A stretch of 64,000 nucleotides of DNA from Octopus vulgaris (taxonomy: Eukaryota). The translations under genes were made by a program, and so were the position numbers. Shown piece by piece: positions 53,556 through 64,000 of the stretch. The stretch covers positions 24,676,001 through 24,740,000 of the forward strand of contig OX597833.1 of NCBI GenBank assembly GCA_951406725.2, written 5' to 3'. How positions within the stretch are numbered: the stretch's first letter is position 1; each line of letters begins with the position of its first letter. Under the pieces are notes generated by a model. The model was not told the DNA's origin. It worked only from the letters and a program-made list of their open reading frames with translations, and ran no database searches.

Positions 53556-56336
53556 ATTGAAATCCTTGTTTTAAAAATAATTAGTCCGTTTTTTTTTCGT
53601 TTTTAAATTTAAAACAGTTCTCATTAGTGTCTTATCTTTTTGCTCTCCATCTCTCTCCATTTCTCTATATCTCTCTTTCTCTCAATGATGATGTAAGGGT
53701 CAGAATTTCTTATTTTGCCTTCAAAGTCTTATTTTAGGTTATTGGCTGAGATGCATCAGTTATGGCAGCTGTTAGAGTATCGAACAAAATCTCACCCACT
53801 ATTTAATCTGTTCCTGTGTTCAAATCCTGTTAAGAATGAGTCAGCACTCATTTTTCCAAAGTCGAACATTAAGTGAATGCAAGTCAAGTAATGGTTCGCT
53901 TTAATTACATGTATTCCTCCTCCAGGAAGAACCTTTCCGTTGGAATATTCGATTCCTACCTATTAGTCCATTTTTCCCGATCATACTAGTGCCAACGTTT
54001 CACTTTGACGGTGGTGACATAACATAGTTAAATACGTATCTTTTTAGTGTGAATTTTTTCAAAAACCACTCCTATTTTAAAAAATTTTGCCTTTTAATTT
54101 TTGAACAGTCTTTGATTTCTAATGTTCTGAGACTCCAAATTAGAATGAAATAATAAATAAAATAAAATATAAGAGAACATGTAATTACATTTTCATCCTT
54201 AATTAAATGGAACTGAAGCTAAAGCATTCTACATTTTCAGAATGTGAAACGACTAATGGTTTCAAATGTAAACAAATTATATTTATATAGTACAAATGTA
54301 AAATTCGCTTCGTTATGCTAGTCAGTTTCTGATTAAAAAAGAATTTAATTAAATATTTTTTATTATAAAATATTTTATATTATTTATTTAGAGTTTCTAA
54401 ATGTCTGGTATCTCAAAGCATAATAATCGAAGATACTTAAAGAAAATATTGTAAGAAATTTAAGGGTCCTAAAGAATTTTCATTTGTGGCATGGGTATAG
54501 CCAATTAAATCGACTTCAGTATTTGGTTTACAGTTTATTTCACGCATCCCCTGAAGGGCGGGACGAAATGTTGATCTCAGAAGGGTTTGAACTTCGCTGT
54601 ACATAGTCTTAAGTAAACACTGCAAACTACGATTCTGGTTGCTGCTGTCGGAGCTGGAGTGTGATGAGCTTCAGCACGTCTAAAGCTGCATAACACACCG
54701 TATATCATGACTGCACAGTAGTTTTGACTCAATCAAAGAAGAGAAGGCCCAAGGTGAATATTCATTATATCATTATTGTTGTTTTACCTTGCAGTCCGAT
54801 GAGCTAACAGGATCATTAGATCGCCGAAGAAAATAGTTTACTGCTTTTATTTCTATTGTACCAGTCAAGTACTGACGTTAGTTATATAATCTGCCACTAA
54901 TAGAAACCATTAATATGATATGCAGCGGCGTATTGATTTGGAAGAATCGTCAAGCGGTTGGCCAAATATCTTGCGGCTGTTCCCGCAGGTTCCCCCTCTG
55001 AATTGATATCCCACCACGGTGAAATTTCCCTTTTATTTCCCAGGGGGGCATTAATATAAAGTACCAGTCAAATATTTGGTTATCACCTGTCCCCAAATCT
55101 TCCGGCCTTGCGTCTATAATAATATAGACGTCGTTGTCCACGGCATATATCGATAAAAAATGTTTTGAAATGCATATATACAACGAAAATTGTATAAAGG
55201 ATTCAGCTGGTGATTTGAGTATAATATTTATTAAAATTTTATTGGGAAGGCCTTCGAATTCTCTTGAATTTTGGCTTCATTAAACAAGAAAAAAACCCCT
55301 AAAAGCAAACGTGAGAAGTAAAACGTAAATAAATGATAAAAATAATAAAAAAGATTTTTGTCGAAATGTTTTGGTGGAAACAAATATGCGATAATTTTGA
55401 TACAGTATTGTATTCTTAAATTGTGCTTCAAAAGCAAATTGGTGTTATCTTAGGGTATCTTAATAAAGCGTGAACTCACGCACATGAACAGGCATCTTAT
55501 GACTCTTGTCTTCTACTTGTTACATGGTTTGTGAAGCAAAATGCGCGTCCTTCTGCCTATGTTAAGAATCATCAAGAAACAACTTCCTCCTCCTCCTTCC
55601 CCTCCTTCTCCTCATTATTATTATTTTCGCTAAATTCTTTCAGTATGTGTTTAGAAAATTGATGTGACATGGTGTGTGAGTTAAATTAGGCGTTTACTGA
55701 CAAAAAGACCATACTGGGTGTAGTATATAAAATGTGGGGGTTGCCTGAGACGTGAACTTAACTATCGGTGTCTTATATATAGTTTTAATGGATTTTTAAT
55801 AGGATAATAACAGGGGCTTTGAACGGATGATTAAATAATAATTTTTTTCTTTTACTTTTCATTTACGCTTCATTGAAATATTTCAATGGTCACCAAGATG
55901 ACAACTGACTACGGCTTGGAATTTAATGACAAAAATGAAGAAAAATCCCCATGGCTTTGTAACTACACACAGACACATAAAGGAAAAAGAGCGAAGAGGA
56001 AGAACTCAGGGTGGCCTGTGACACGTTTTTGATCAACATACACAAATACAGTTATTTGTAATGACATACAGCAAAAGGTTTTGGTTTATTAAAATTATCT
56101 TTGTCTCTAGGGCATGTATCGTAATTACAAAGAGGCGATTATGACCAACTCCACGTTAAAAGGGGAGATAAACTTAAGAACCAAGAACTTCTCCAAATTA
56201 ACATGCCGTGAAGGAAAAAGACAGGCTTATGCTCTTAGTATAACAGGGCAATCGTGGATACGTGATGATCGCTCTACACCCGTCATCAGGGCAATTGTGC
56301 GACCTCATCTCCAGTCGTCAAAAATGAGTGTATATA

Positions 56337-56570
56337 CAGACGCACCCAGAAGTCACTGAGGAGCTTTAATTTTTAATAACTCCGTTATTTTTACAAATAG
56401 ATGTATGAAATTTTAATTCAATGTAGAGAAAATAATGGAGATTAATTTGCACTAATTTTTTTTCATCATACCTCTGCCTAAAGTATGAAAAAAATGACAT
56501 CTTTTAAATGGCATCCATTTTCAGCTTCACACTGTATGGGGTGAAGTGCTCTCGAATTCTCAGAGACCCC
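56337..56570 (-). mobile_element. 3' end of a Tc1/mariner-superfamily element
   Basis: TA-CAG terminus; minus frame IQCEAENGCHLKDVIF, typical of the transposase C-terminus. Confidence 0.5.
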
Positions 56571-57669
56571 AAACCGGTAATTTTGACTGTTAATGAACCT
56601 ATCCAAATAAACGTATCCAGGTAAACATTGGGTAATTTCGTTCCAATTCCTGGATTCTGACAGCGTATTGGAGCCTGTGTTCTTAGTCCTGGGGCTTCAG
56701 CTATTGAATCAACTGTACTTTGCATGAGAAAAGGTTAAGACTGCAGATAACTCTTTGCAGCGAAGTTTGTGAAATCCCAAGATGTCTGGACCGACATCGA
56801 GTCGACGTGCCCAGATTCTATTTAATTCTCTCTCGCATTCGTTCCCTTACCTCCTTACTGTTCCTTACTTTTCAAAACGACGAACTAAGTTCCTAATTGT
56901 GTTTTCACTTGGAGTATCTCTCACTTGAATGTGCCTGTGAGATGCTGTCTAGGTTTGAATAATTGTCCCCCTGATTTTTGATAGAATAATTTCACCACAC
57001 GGGTGCGTTGTGCGGTGCCATACTTTTCCATAATTAATTTCCAGGAAATTCCCGGAAAGAAAAGTGTCAAAAAATAAAAGAATTATCTAAAATTGTAATA
57101 CCTATACACATATATGATGATGATGATGATGATGATGACGATGATGGATTCTCTCGTAGTGAATGATAAATGAAGGTTCAGTAAACTAGAGCGGTAATCA
57201 TGTTCTATAGATAGGAATGTGTCTATCGAGGCCTTGCAAACCTTTTGGCAAATGGAATAAGTTGAGGACTCAGTTTGGTCGAGTGTTTGCGGATCATTTG
57301 TTATGTATTTACTTGAGTGGATGGCAGCGCCTGCTTTGCTCCGTGCCACAAAGCCACAATAACAAGTAAGCTTTTCATTTAGAGGAACAGTGTTTTACCA
57401 GAGTGCCTTCATGGTCGCACAAAGTTGGTCTCGATGTCGGACAGAGGAGATATTCAAATACATGCACACACACATACATACACGCACACACACATACACA
57501 CACGCACATACACACAGACATTCACAGACACACAATACGTTGTTGATGATTAGACAAATTAAAATAGCGCACTCAATTTTGTGGAAGTAAATATATTTTT
57601 AAACACCCCCAACAAAAATAAGACACGCTCAGCAACATTGACATATAAGGAGTTACACTACTTACACTA

Positions 57670-57930
57670 TCTTATTTCTTTACTGCCCACAGGGGGCCAA
57701 ACATAGAGGGGGACAAATAAGGACAGCGACCCCAGTACGGAACTGGTACTTAATTTATCGGCCTCGAAAGGATAAAAGGCAAAGTCGACCTCGGCAGAAT
57801 TTGAACTCAGAACGTAGCAGCAGACGAAATACCTATTTCTTTACTATGCATAAGGGGCTAAAAACAGAGAGGACAAACAAGGACAGACAAACGGAGTAAG
57901 TCGACTATATCGACCCCAGTGCGTAACTGC
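57670..57930 (-). mobile_element. Two truncated SINE family D copies
   Basis: atttctttactgcccacaggggg...gtcgacctcggcagaatttgaactcagaacg. Confidence 0.8.
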
Positions 57931-57949
57931 TAATTATTTAATCGACTGA

Positions 57950-57980
<31 letters not shown>

Positions 57981-58025
57981 CTGAGCAGTGAGAAAGAGAC
58001 TGAGTAGTGAGAGAGAGACTGAATA

Positions 58026-58060
<35 letters not shown>

Positions 58061-58506
58061 AGCGGTGAGAAAGAAAGTGCGATACAGATAAAGAGGAGAA
58101 AACAGACCAGTGAGAGAGAGGGAAAGAGTGAGAGAGAAAGATAAAGAGAAATAGAGAAAGAAAAAGAGAGACAGACAGAGAGTAGAAGACAGAGTATTGC
58201 GAAAGAAAGAGAGAGTGAGTGAGAGAGAAAAAGAGAGAGAGAGGGGAGTAAAGAGAGAAATACTGAGAACCGAAAGAGTGAAATCAAGACAGTTGTATCA
58301 TTTTCTAAGGTGTTAGAAGTGGCCATGTGTGTGTTAATGGAGCAAGTTGTTACCTCAGACAAGGAGTTTTAATAAATGAAGATAACAAGAAAACCGCCCA
58401 AATCATGGCATCTGTAAAGGTGTAAGCTGATAACAAGGGCTGAAGAGGCGTTATAGGTCGCAACGCTGATGACAGATTTTCGAATTCCTAGAGATCCTTA
58501 CTACCT

Positions 58507-58540
<34 letters not shown>

Positions 58541-58586
58541 AACAAAAACCCAGATATACGTGTAGGTATGTATGTAAATGTCTCTG

Positions 58587-58625
<39 letters not shown>

Positions 58626-58692
58626 ATGTATGTATATCTATACATAAAATACACGCATATACACATATATATAGATATATATTTTGTATATA

Positions 58693-59583
58693 CGAGGAGG
58701 TACTCAAAAGAAACCGGAATTTTGTAATATTATTTTATTCACCTAGGTTTACATCTTTGCACTACTATCGCCTTCAAAATATTCTCCATTTGAAACAGTT
58801 TATTGGTACAAACGCGTTTTCCACTGGTCGAAGTAGTGCTGGAACTCTTGCGAAGTGATGCCTTTTAACGCCTCCACATCAGCAAATTCCGTAGCACCAG
58901 CTTTCATCACCAGTCACGCTCTTCGAAAAAAAAAAAGGCTGGATCAACTTCCAACTGTTCTTTCAGTTCAGGACAGGCATTCAGTTGTGAGTGCTTTTGA
59001 AGTTCCGTGAGCAAGCGATGCACAAATTTTGCTGTAACTCTTTTCATTCACAATTCCTTGCGCAAATATTCGTTGGCAGGAGCCCCGGGACACACATAAT
59101 TATATCAAAACGTTCGTCAGTTGTTCTGTGATGGTCTTCCAAGATCAGTTCCTGAATTTTCATGATGTTTTCATTGGTTGGAGAGGTTTACGGTCACCCT
59201 GAACGAGATTGGTCTTCAAGCGACAAGTGACCATTCCTAAAGCGTGGAAACCACTCGTAAATTTGTGTCTTGCGCATGGCAGCATCCTTGTAAGCTCTTT
59301 GAAGCATGACGACTGTTTCGGCCGTCGTTTTTTCCGAGTAGAAAACAAAATTTGACGGAAGCACGCTGTTTCTTCATTTCAGCCATCGCAAGAACCGACG
59401 AACGAGGGAGAAGCACTGCAAATAAATGATGCACGATGCGGCAGTACGACTCGACACACGAAAATACCGGTTGGCAGACTGGTACCTGAGGGTTGCATCA
59501 AGTGGCTTCAAGCGGCGGAATCCCGAACCATGATGGGCTTGTTCAACAGAGAACGTTTCCGGTTACTTTTGGGTACACCCTCG
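58693..59583 (-). mobile_element. Internally deleted mariner element (891 bp)
   Basis: TIRs cgaggaggtactcaaaagaaaccggaa / ttccggttacttttgggtacaccctcg; MAEMKKQRASVKFCFLLGK N-terminus and IYEWFPRFRNGHLSLEDQSRSG. Confidence 0.85.
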
Positions 59584-60278
59584 TGTATACACACACACGT
59601 ACACGTACACACACATACACACGCATACACGCACACACACACGCACAAACACACACAAAAAGACACAAAGAGAAAGAAAGAGACAGAAAGAGAGAGAGAG
59701 AGAGAAGGAAAGAATTAGAGAAACAGACAGAGTGACATAGATGGCTGAAAGCAATAAATATACGAGTGTATACATATGTGTGCGAGTATGTATTGTGACT
59801 ACAGATAAAGAGTGTAGGTAGTTAGTAGATAGATATGGGAACACGAAAGATAGAAATAGGGGAATAGAAATAGTTTAATTAGCACAATATAAAGGTTAAC
59901 AAAATACAGGACGAGGAAACTTATCAGCAATAAAGTTGGGAATGTGTGTATGTCAATGCGTGTATATACATGTGTGCGTATTATGTATGTATGTATGTAT
60001 GTTTCGCGATGTTTGTATATACATACTTAAATAATCACACACGCACACATAAAATTGAGCCCGAGAAAAATTTCATTTTGCCCTAAGGGCCTCAAACTGT
60101 TGAGAAGTACAGTATACGGCAATTTACTTCGCTGTCCCACGCAACACTACCAGTACTCGACGTGGTCTTTATGTGAAAGAAAGTTTATTTATATATAGAT
60201 TAAACTTATTGTCTTGTAAGTTTTAATTCTTTATTCGATGAGGCCTAACCTCGTTTCTATGAAGTCTTGGACTCCATG

Positions 60279-60327
<49 letters not shown>

Positions 60328-60430
60328 CGTACGTTATACACTTGGTAGCTTACCTGTAAGGCACGTTCACTTTCGTTGGGAATTTGGATAATGAAAAGGA
60401 CGGAAGATGGAAGATACGAGAATGTATATT

Positions 60431-60538
60431 ATTCGCTATAATTGTTTCGACTCATCTGGCATCGATCTCTTACGGGTGGTATACTTAACAACTGGCTTAG
60501 GTGTATCTGACGGTGTAGATGTGTCTCTTAAGGTGATT
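60431..60538 (-). ncRNA. Degenerate hammerhead-like motif (homolog of 14413-14515)
   Basis: Reverse complement: aatcac CTTAAGA gacacatct[loop]agatgagtc GAAA caatta TA gcgaat. Confidence 0.5.
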
Positions 60539-61337
60539 ACAAATGTATCTCGTTAAAATAACGACTGTACCACAAGATATCTTCTCGGTTTGTGTATAAA
60601 AAAGCAGCAAATTAAATGATACAACTTTATTTTTTTTATATAAGACGATTCATAAATAACAGACGCAAAAAGTAACGAATACACAATACAGCAAAAAAAT
60701 GTATTAAATATAACCGTTATATTTAACAGATATGGATATATGAATGCCCTGGCTTGTGTTGTATGACGCACGTACACTCGCTCGTACAAGCATCCACGAA
60801 GATATAAGCATACGCACACGCGTGGTTTGGCACGCATACGCTCACACTGAACTAAATAGCTACTTCTTGTTTATAAGAATGGGGAGGCTAGAGCTAAATT
60901 TAAATCATCCATACAGTTAAATTTAATTTATCCATAAAGGTACGATATAACTTATGTTTACATGTAGAGAATACTTCAGGCTGTCTATTACGTATTTGAG
61001 GTGAATCATGAATTAGTATTTAGAGGTCTTCCTTCGGGCAGAGTCCACATGCAGAACGCTGACCTTGGTATGGGATACCAGAATCTGTCATGGCCCAGGT
61101 TATCCTATATGGTATTTCCCTACTTGTCAGATGGTGTATGTGGTTTGTTAGGGATGTGGATTTGCTATGCTTCTCATATCTAATGAGTTCAGATATATGT
61201 ATATGCGTGTATGCTTGTAGGTGTTGCTGTACATATATGCATCTATATTTATGTATGTGTGCATGTGCATATGTGTGTTTATGTATGTATGTACACATAT
61301 ATGTTTATAGATGTTGTAGGTGTGTGTGTACAGGTGT

Positions 61338-61383
<46 letters not shown>

Positions 61384-61460
61384 GTATATATATGCATGCA
61401 TGTATGTATATATATACATATATACACATATATATTTATATAGACATATATATATATATG

Positions 61461-61534
<74 letters not shown>

Positions 61535-61538
<4 letters not shown>

Positions 61539-62117
61539 CTCCTTTTTGTGTATCTAGCACTCGCTTCTTTATTTGGAGGCCTATTAATGTATTTATATAT
61601 GAATAACGCATAGCCTAATGACTAATTCGTCTTCTGTGCTAGGTCACTGGTAACAATAATTAATTTTATTACCTTATTTACTTTTTTTAAATATTGCTCG
61701 ATAAATTTGCTCGTAAATTTTTACCGGCATCCTCTCGGTTCGCCGGGTATAATTTGCGTCTGCGCACTGGTCTGAAAAGTTAGGGTTTACATTTCGTTGG
61801 ATTTGCACGTGCTTCCAACGTTATGTTACAACTTGGATTACAAAGGCTTCCTGCTGACGAGTCTGGCCTTGGCAGATAAATTCTATTCATTTGCTAAAAA
61901 AAGATGAAACTGCAGTACAGGATTAGCTGAGATGGTAAACGTTTTTGATTTTCATTCCATTTCATGAATTTATCCCCTTTTTGTGTATCTAGCACTCGCT
62001 TCTTTATTTGGAGGCCTTTTAATGTATTTATATATGAATAACGCATAGTCTAATGACTAATTCGTCTTTTGCGCTAGGTCACTGGTAATAATAATTTATT
62101 TTATTACCCTATTTACT
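61535..62117 (+). mobile_element. Retrozyme or Penelope-pLTR-like unit: 435-bp period, 148-bp terminal direct repeats, inserted in (TA)n
   Basis: 61535-61682 matches 61970-62117 with a few substitutions; an intact hammerhead lies between them; no ORF. Confidence 0.75.
61849..61922 (+). ncRNA. Type I hammerhead ribozyme, intact core
   Basis: tcctg CTGACGA gtct[ggcct tggcagat aaattctattc atttgcta aaaaa]agat GAAA ctgcag TA cagga; helix I tcctg/cagga, palindromic helix III ctgcag, GUA cleavage after 61917. Confidence 0.85.
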
Positions 62118-62119
62118 AT

Positions 62120-62139
<20 letters not shown>

Positions 62140-62170
<31 letters not shown>

Positions 62171-62243
62171 CAGACATATGTATATATATATATATATGCT
62201 GGCCATTGATAGAATTTTTTTCGAAAAATTTTATCCTATATTA

Positions 62244-62286
<43 letters not shown>

Positions 62287-62815
62287 CAGTAATATCAGCG
62301 CCGAGCTGTATTTAGGCATAGGCAAACTTTGTTTCTTAAAATATGTCTGTGACACATTTTCACTGCTAAAGAGTATCTCACTGATGTTACCGTGGAGAAA
62401 ACACCCTATCTGTCTAGTGCTGCTACCTTGCGAATTTCCAGACGTGCAAGTTTCTACCTTCTTAGCCCTTCTTAATAGGAAATACTGAAGTGAATCAACT
62501 CCTGACTGACCTTATCAAGCTGTGGCTTTAACTAAAACACAGTCAACAACATTGACGGATTTGCGCCACTTGAACGCCAAGGTCGGGAAAATTACAGTAA
62601 TATCAGTGCCAAGCAGTGTTTAGGCATATGTGAACTGTGGGTAAGTTAAATATGTTTGTGATATACTTCAACTGCTAAAGGTACATTCACTGCAGGTACA
62701 GTTGAGGAAAATTCATTCCGGAAGGTAGTAACACTGGATAGATATGCTGTTTTTTACAACTATTTTTTTTTACCATAACAGAGAATTTCCCCCTCCCCGT
62801 AACTGCAGTAAATTT
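62140..62815 (-). repeat. Right arm of the inverted duplication (partner 37491-38160)
   Basis: Reverse complement of 37491-38160. Confidence 0.93.
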
Positions 62816-63136
62816 GCCTTTAGAAGTTGAAATATGTCATTAGCACATTTTAAGTAACCTAAAGTTTGCTTATGCTTAAACACTGCTTGGCGCTGATATT
62901 ACTGTAATTTTCAGGAACTTCGAGGTCTACAGACGTAAATCAGTCAATGATGTAGACTGTATTTAAAGCCACGGCTTGATTAGGTCTGTCCAGAGTTGCC
63001 TCTCTTCATTATTTCTCACTGAAAACGCCTAAGACACTAGAAACTTAGATATCTGGAAGTTCGGAAGGTGGCAGCATTTATCTCCAGGGTAGCTGCAGGG
63101 AATTTGGCTTTAGCATTTAAAATATGTCACATATTT
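62803..63136 (+). repeat. Diverged copy of the ~300-bp repeat unit, opposite in orientation to 62283-62700
   Basis: cctttagaagttgaaatatgtca...taaacactgcttggcgctgatattactgtaatttt...ctttagcatttaaaatatgtcac. Confidence 0.8.
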
Positions 63137-63615
63137 GAACTAATCTAACTACTCTCTCTCTCTTTCTCTCACTCACATACACACACGTTCGCGGACATGT
63201 GTGTCGGTGTTTGTCCCCCATTACCGCTTGACAACATGTACTGATGTGTTTATGTTTCCTTTAACTTGGCGGTTCGGCAAAAGTGAACGATATAATAAGT
63301 ACCAGGCATAACATAATAAGCTCTGGGATCGATTCACTCGACTAAAATTCTCTAAGGCAGTTCTCAGCATGACGCAATCTAATGACTGAAACAAGTAAAA
63401 GAATAGAAGAATGGAATTCTTTTAATAGCTAAGAGCAGGCCGTTGAAATGGTGGAGGAAACGTTGGAAAAAATCTGCTATAGGTAGGTCATTACATTGGC
63501 TAGTAGTGAATCTAGCCATGGCAGACTGGATATGCTTTGATTTCTTGCAGTAGAATCCACCCTACTATAAGCACCAAAGGAGTAGGTGTGGCAATCTAGC
63601 AGAAAAATTAGTACG

Positions 63616-63845
63616 TCGGCGAGCTGGCAGAAACGTTAACGCGCCAGGCGAAATACTTAGCGGTATTTCGTCTGCCGTTACGTTCTGAGTTCAAATCCCG
63701 CCGAGATCGGCTTTGCCTTTCGTCCTTTCAGGGTTGATTAAATAAGTACCAGTTACGCACTGGGATCGATACAATCGACTTAATCTGTTTGTCTGTCCTT
63801 GTTTGTCCTGTATGTGTGTAATCCCTTGTGGACAGAAAAGAAATA
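63616..63845 (+). mobile_element. SINE family D
   Basis: ggcgagctggcagaaacgttaacgcgccaggcg...aataagtaccagttacgcactggg. Confidence 0.88.
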
Positions 63846-64000
63846 GGAAAAATTAGTGCGTCGGTAAAAATGGTTTGGAAACATTTTCTGATTCTTTACG
63901 TTCGGAGTATTCGATCTGGTCACCGTTGCATTTTATTCTTTTTGGGATCGATAAAATAAAGTAACAGATGAGCACTGCTGACCATTCATTCGTCCCAAAG

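Noticed and set aside
56240-56300. Minus-strand CTGATGA between two cagggcaat repeats
   Set aside because: No GAAA or helix III; likely chance
58436-58475. CTGAAGA-ggc..gtc-GCAA hammerhead-like string
   Set aside because: GCAA instead of GAAA and no helix I pairing

Overview
AT-rich, microsatellite-saturated eukaryotic DNA with no host protein-coding gene that I can support. The SINE families and repeat landscape look like an octopus (coleoid cephalopod) genome; this is inferred from family resemblance, not from a search. Most ORFs in the track are translations of (TA)n, (CA)n and (ATGT)n tracts. The window holds at least four tRNA-derived SINE families, decayed DNA transposons (full-length mariner 8834-10121, IR/DR Tc1 30806-32414, Chapaev3-like 33611-35956, maT-like 49253-50116, deleted mariner 58693-59583), two non-autonomous Helitrons and LINE fragments. 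Two signals stand out. (1) Short inserts in or beside microsatellites carry type I hammerhead ribozyme motifs. Two have a perfect catalytic core (25594-25638 on -, 61849-61922 on +) and sit in terminally redundant 351-bp and 435-bp units, as expected for retrozymes or Penelope-like pLTRs; about seven more are degenerate, and several long foldback palindromes lie nearby. (2) An inverted SINE pair at 42094-42763 carries clustered A->G changes on the same (+) strand in both paired arms but not in the loop, resembling ADAR hyper-editing written into the DNA sequence. A near-identical ~670-bp inverted duplication also links 37.5 kb and 62.5 kb.
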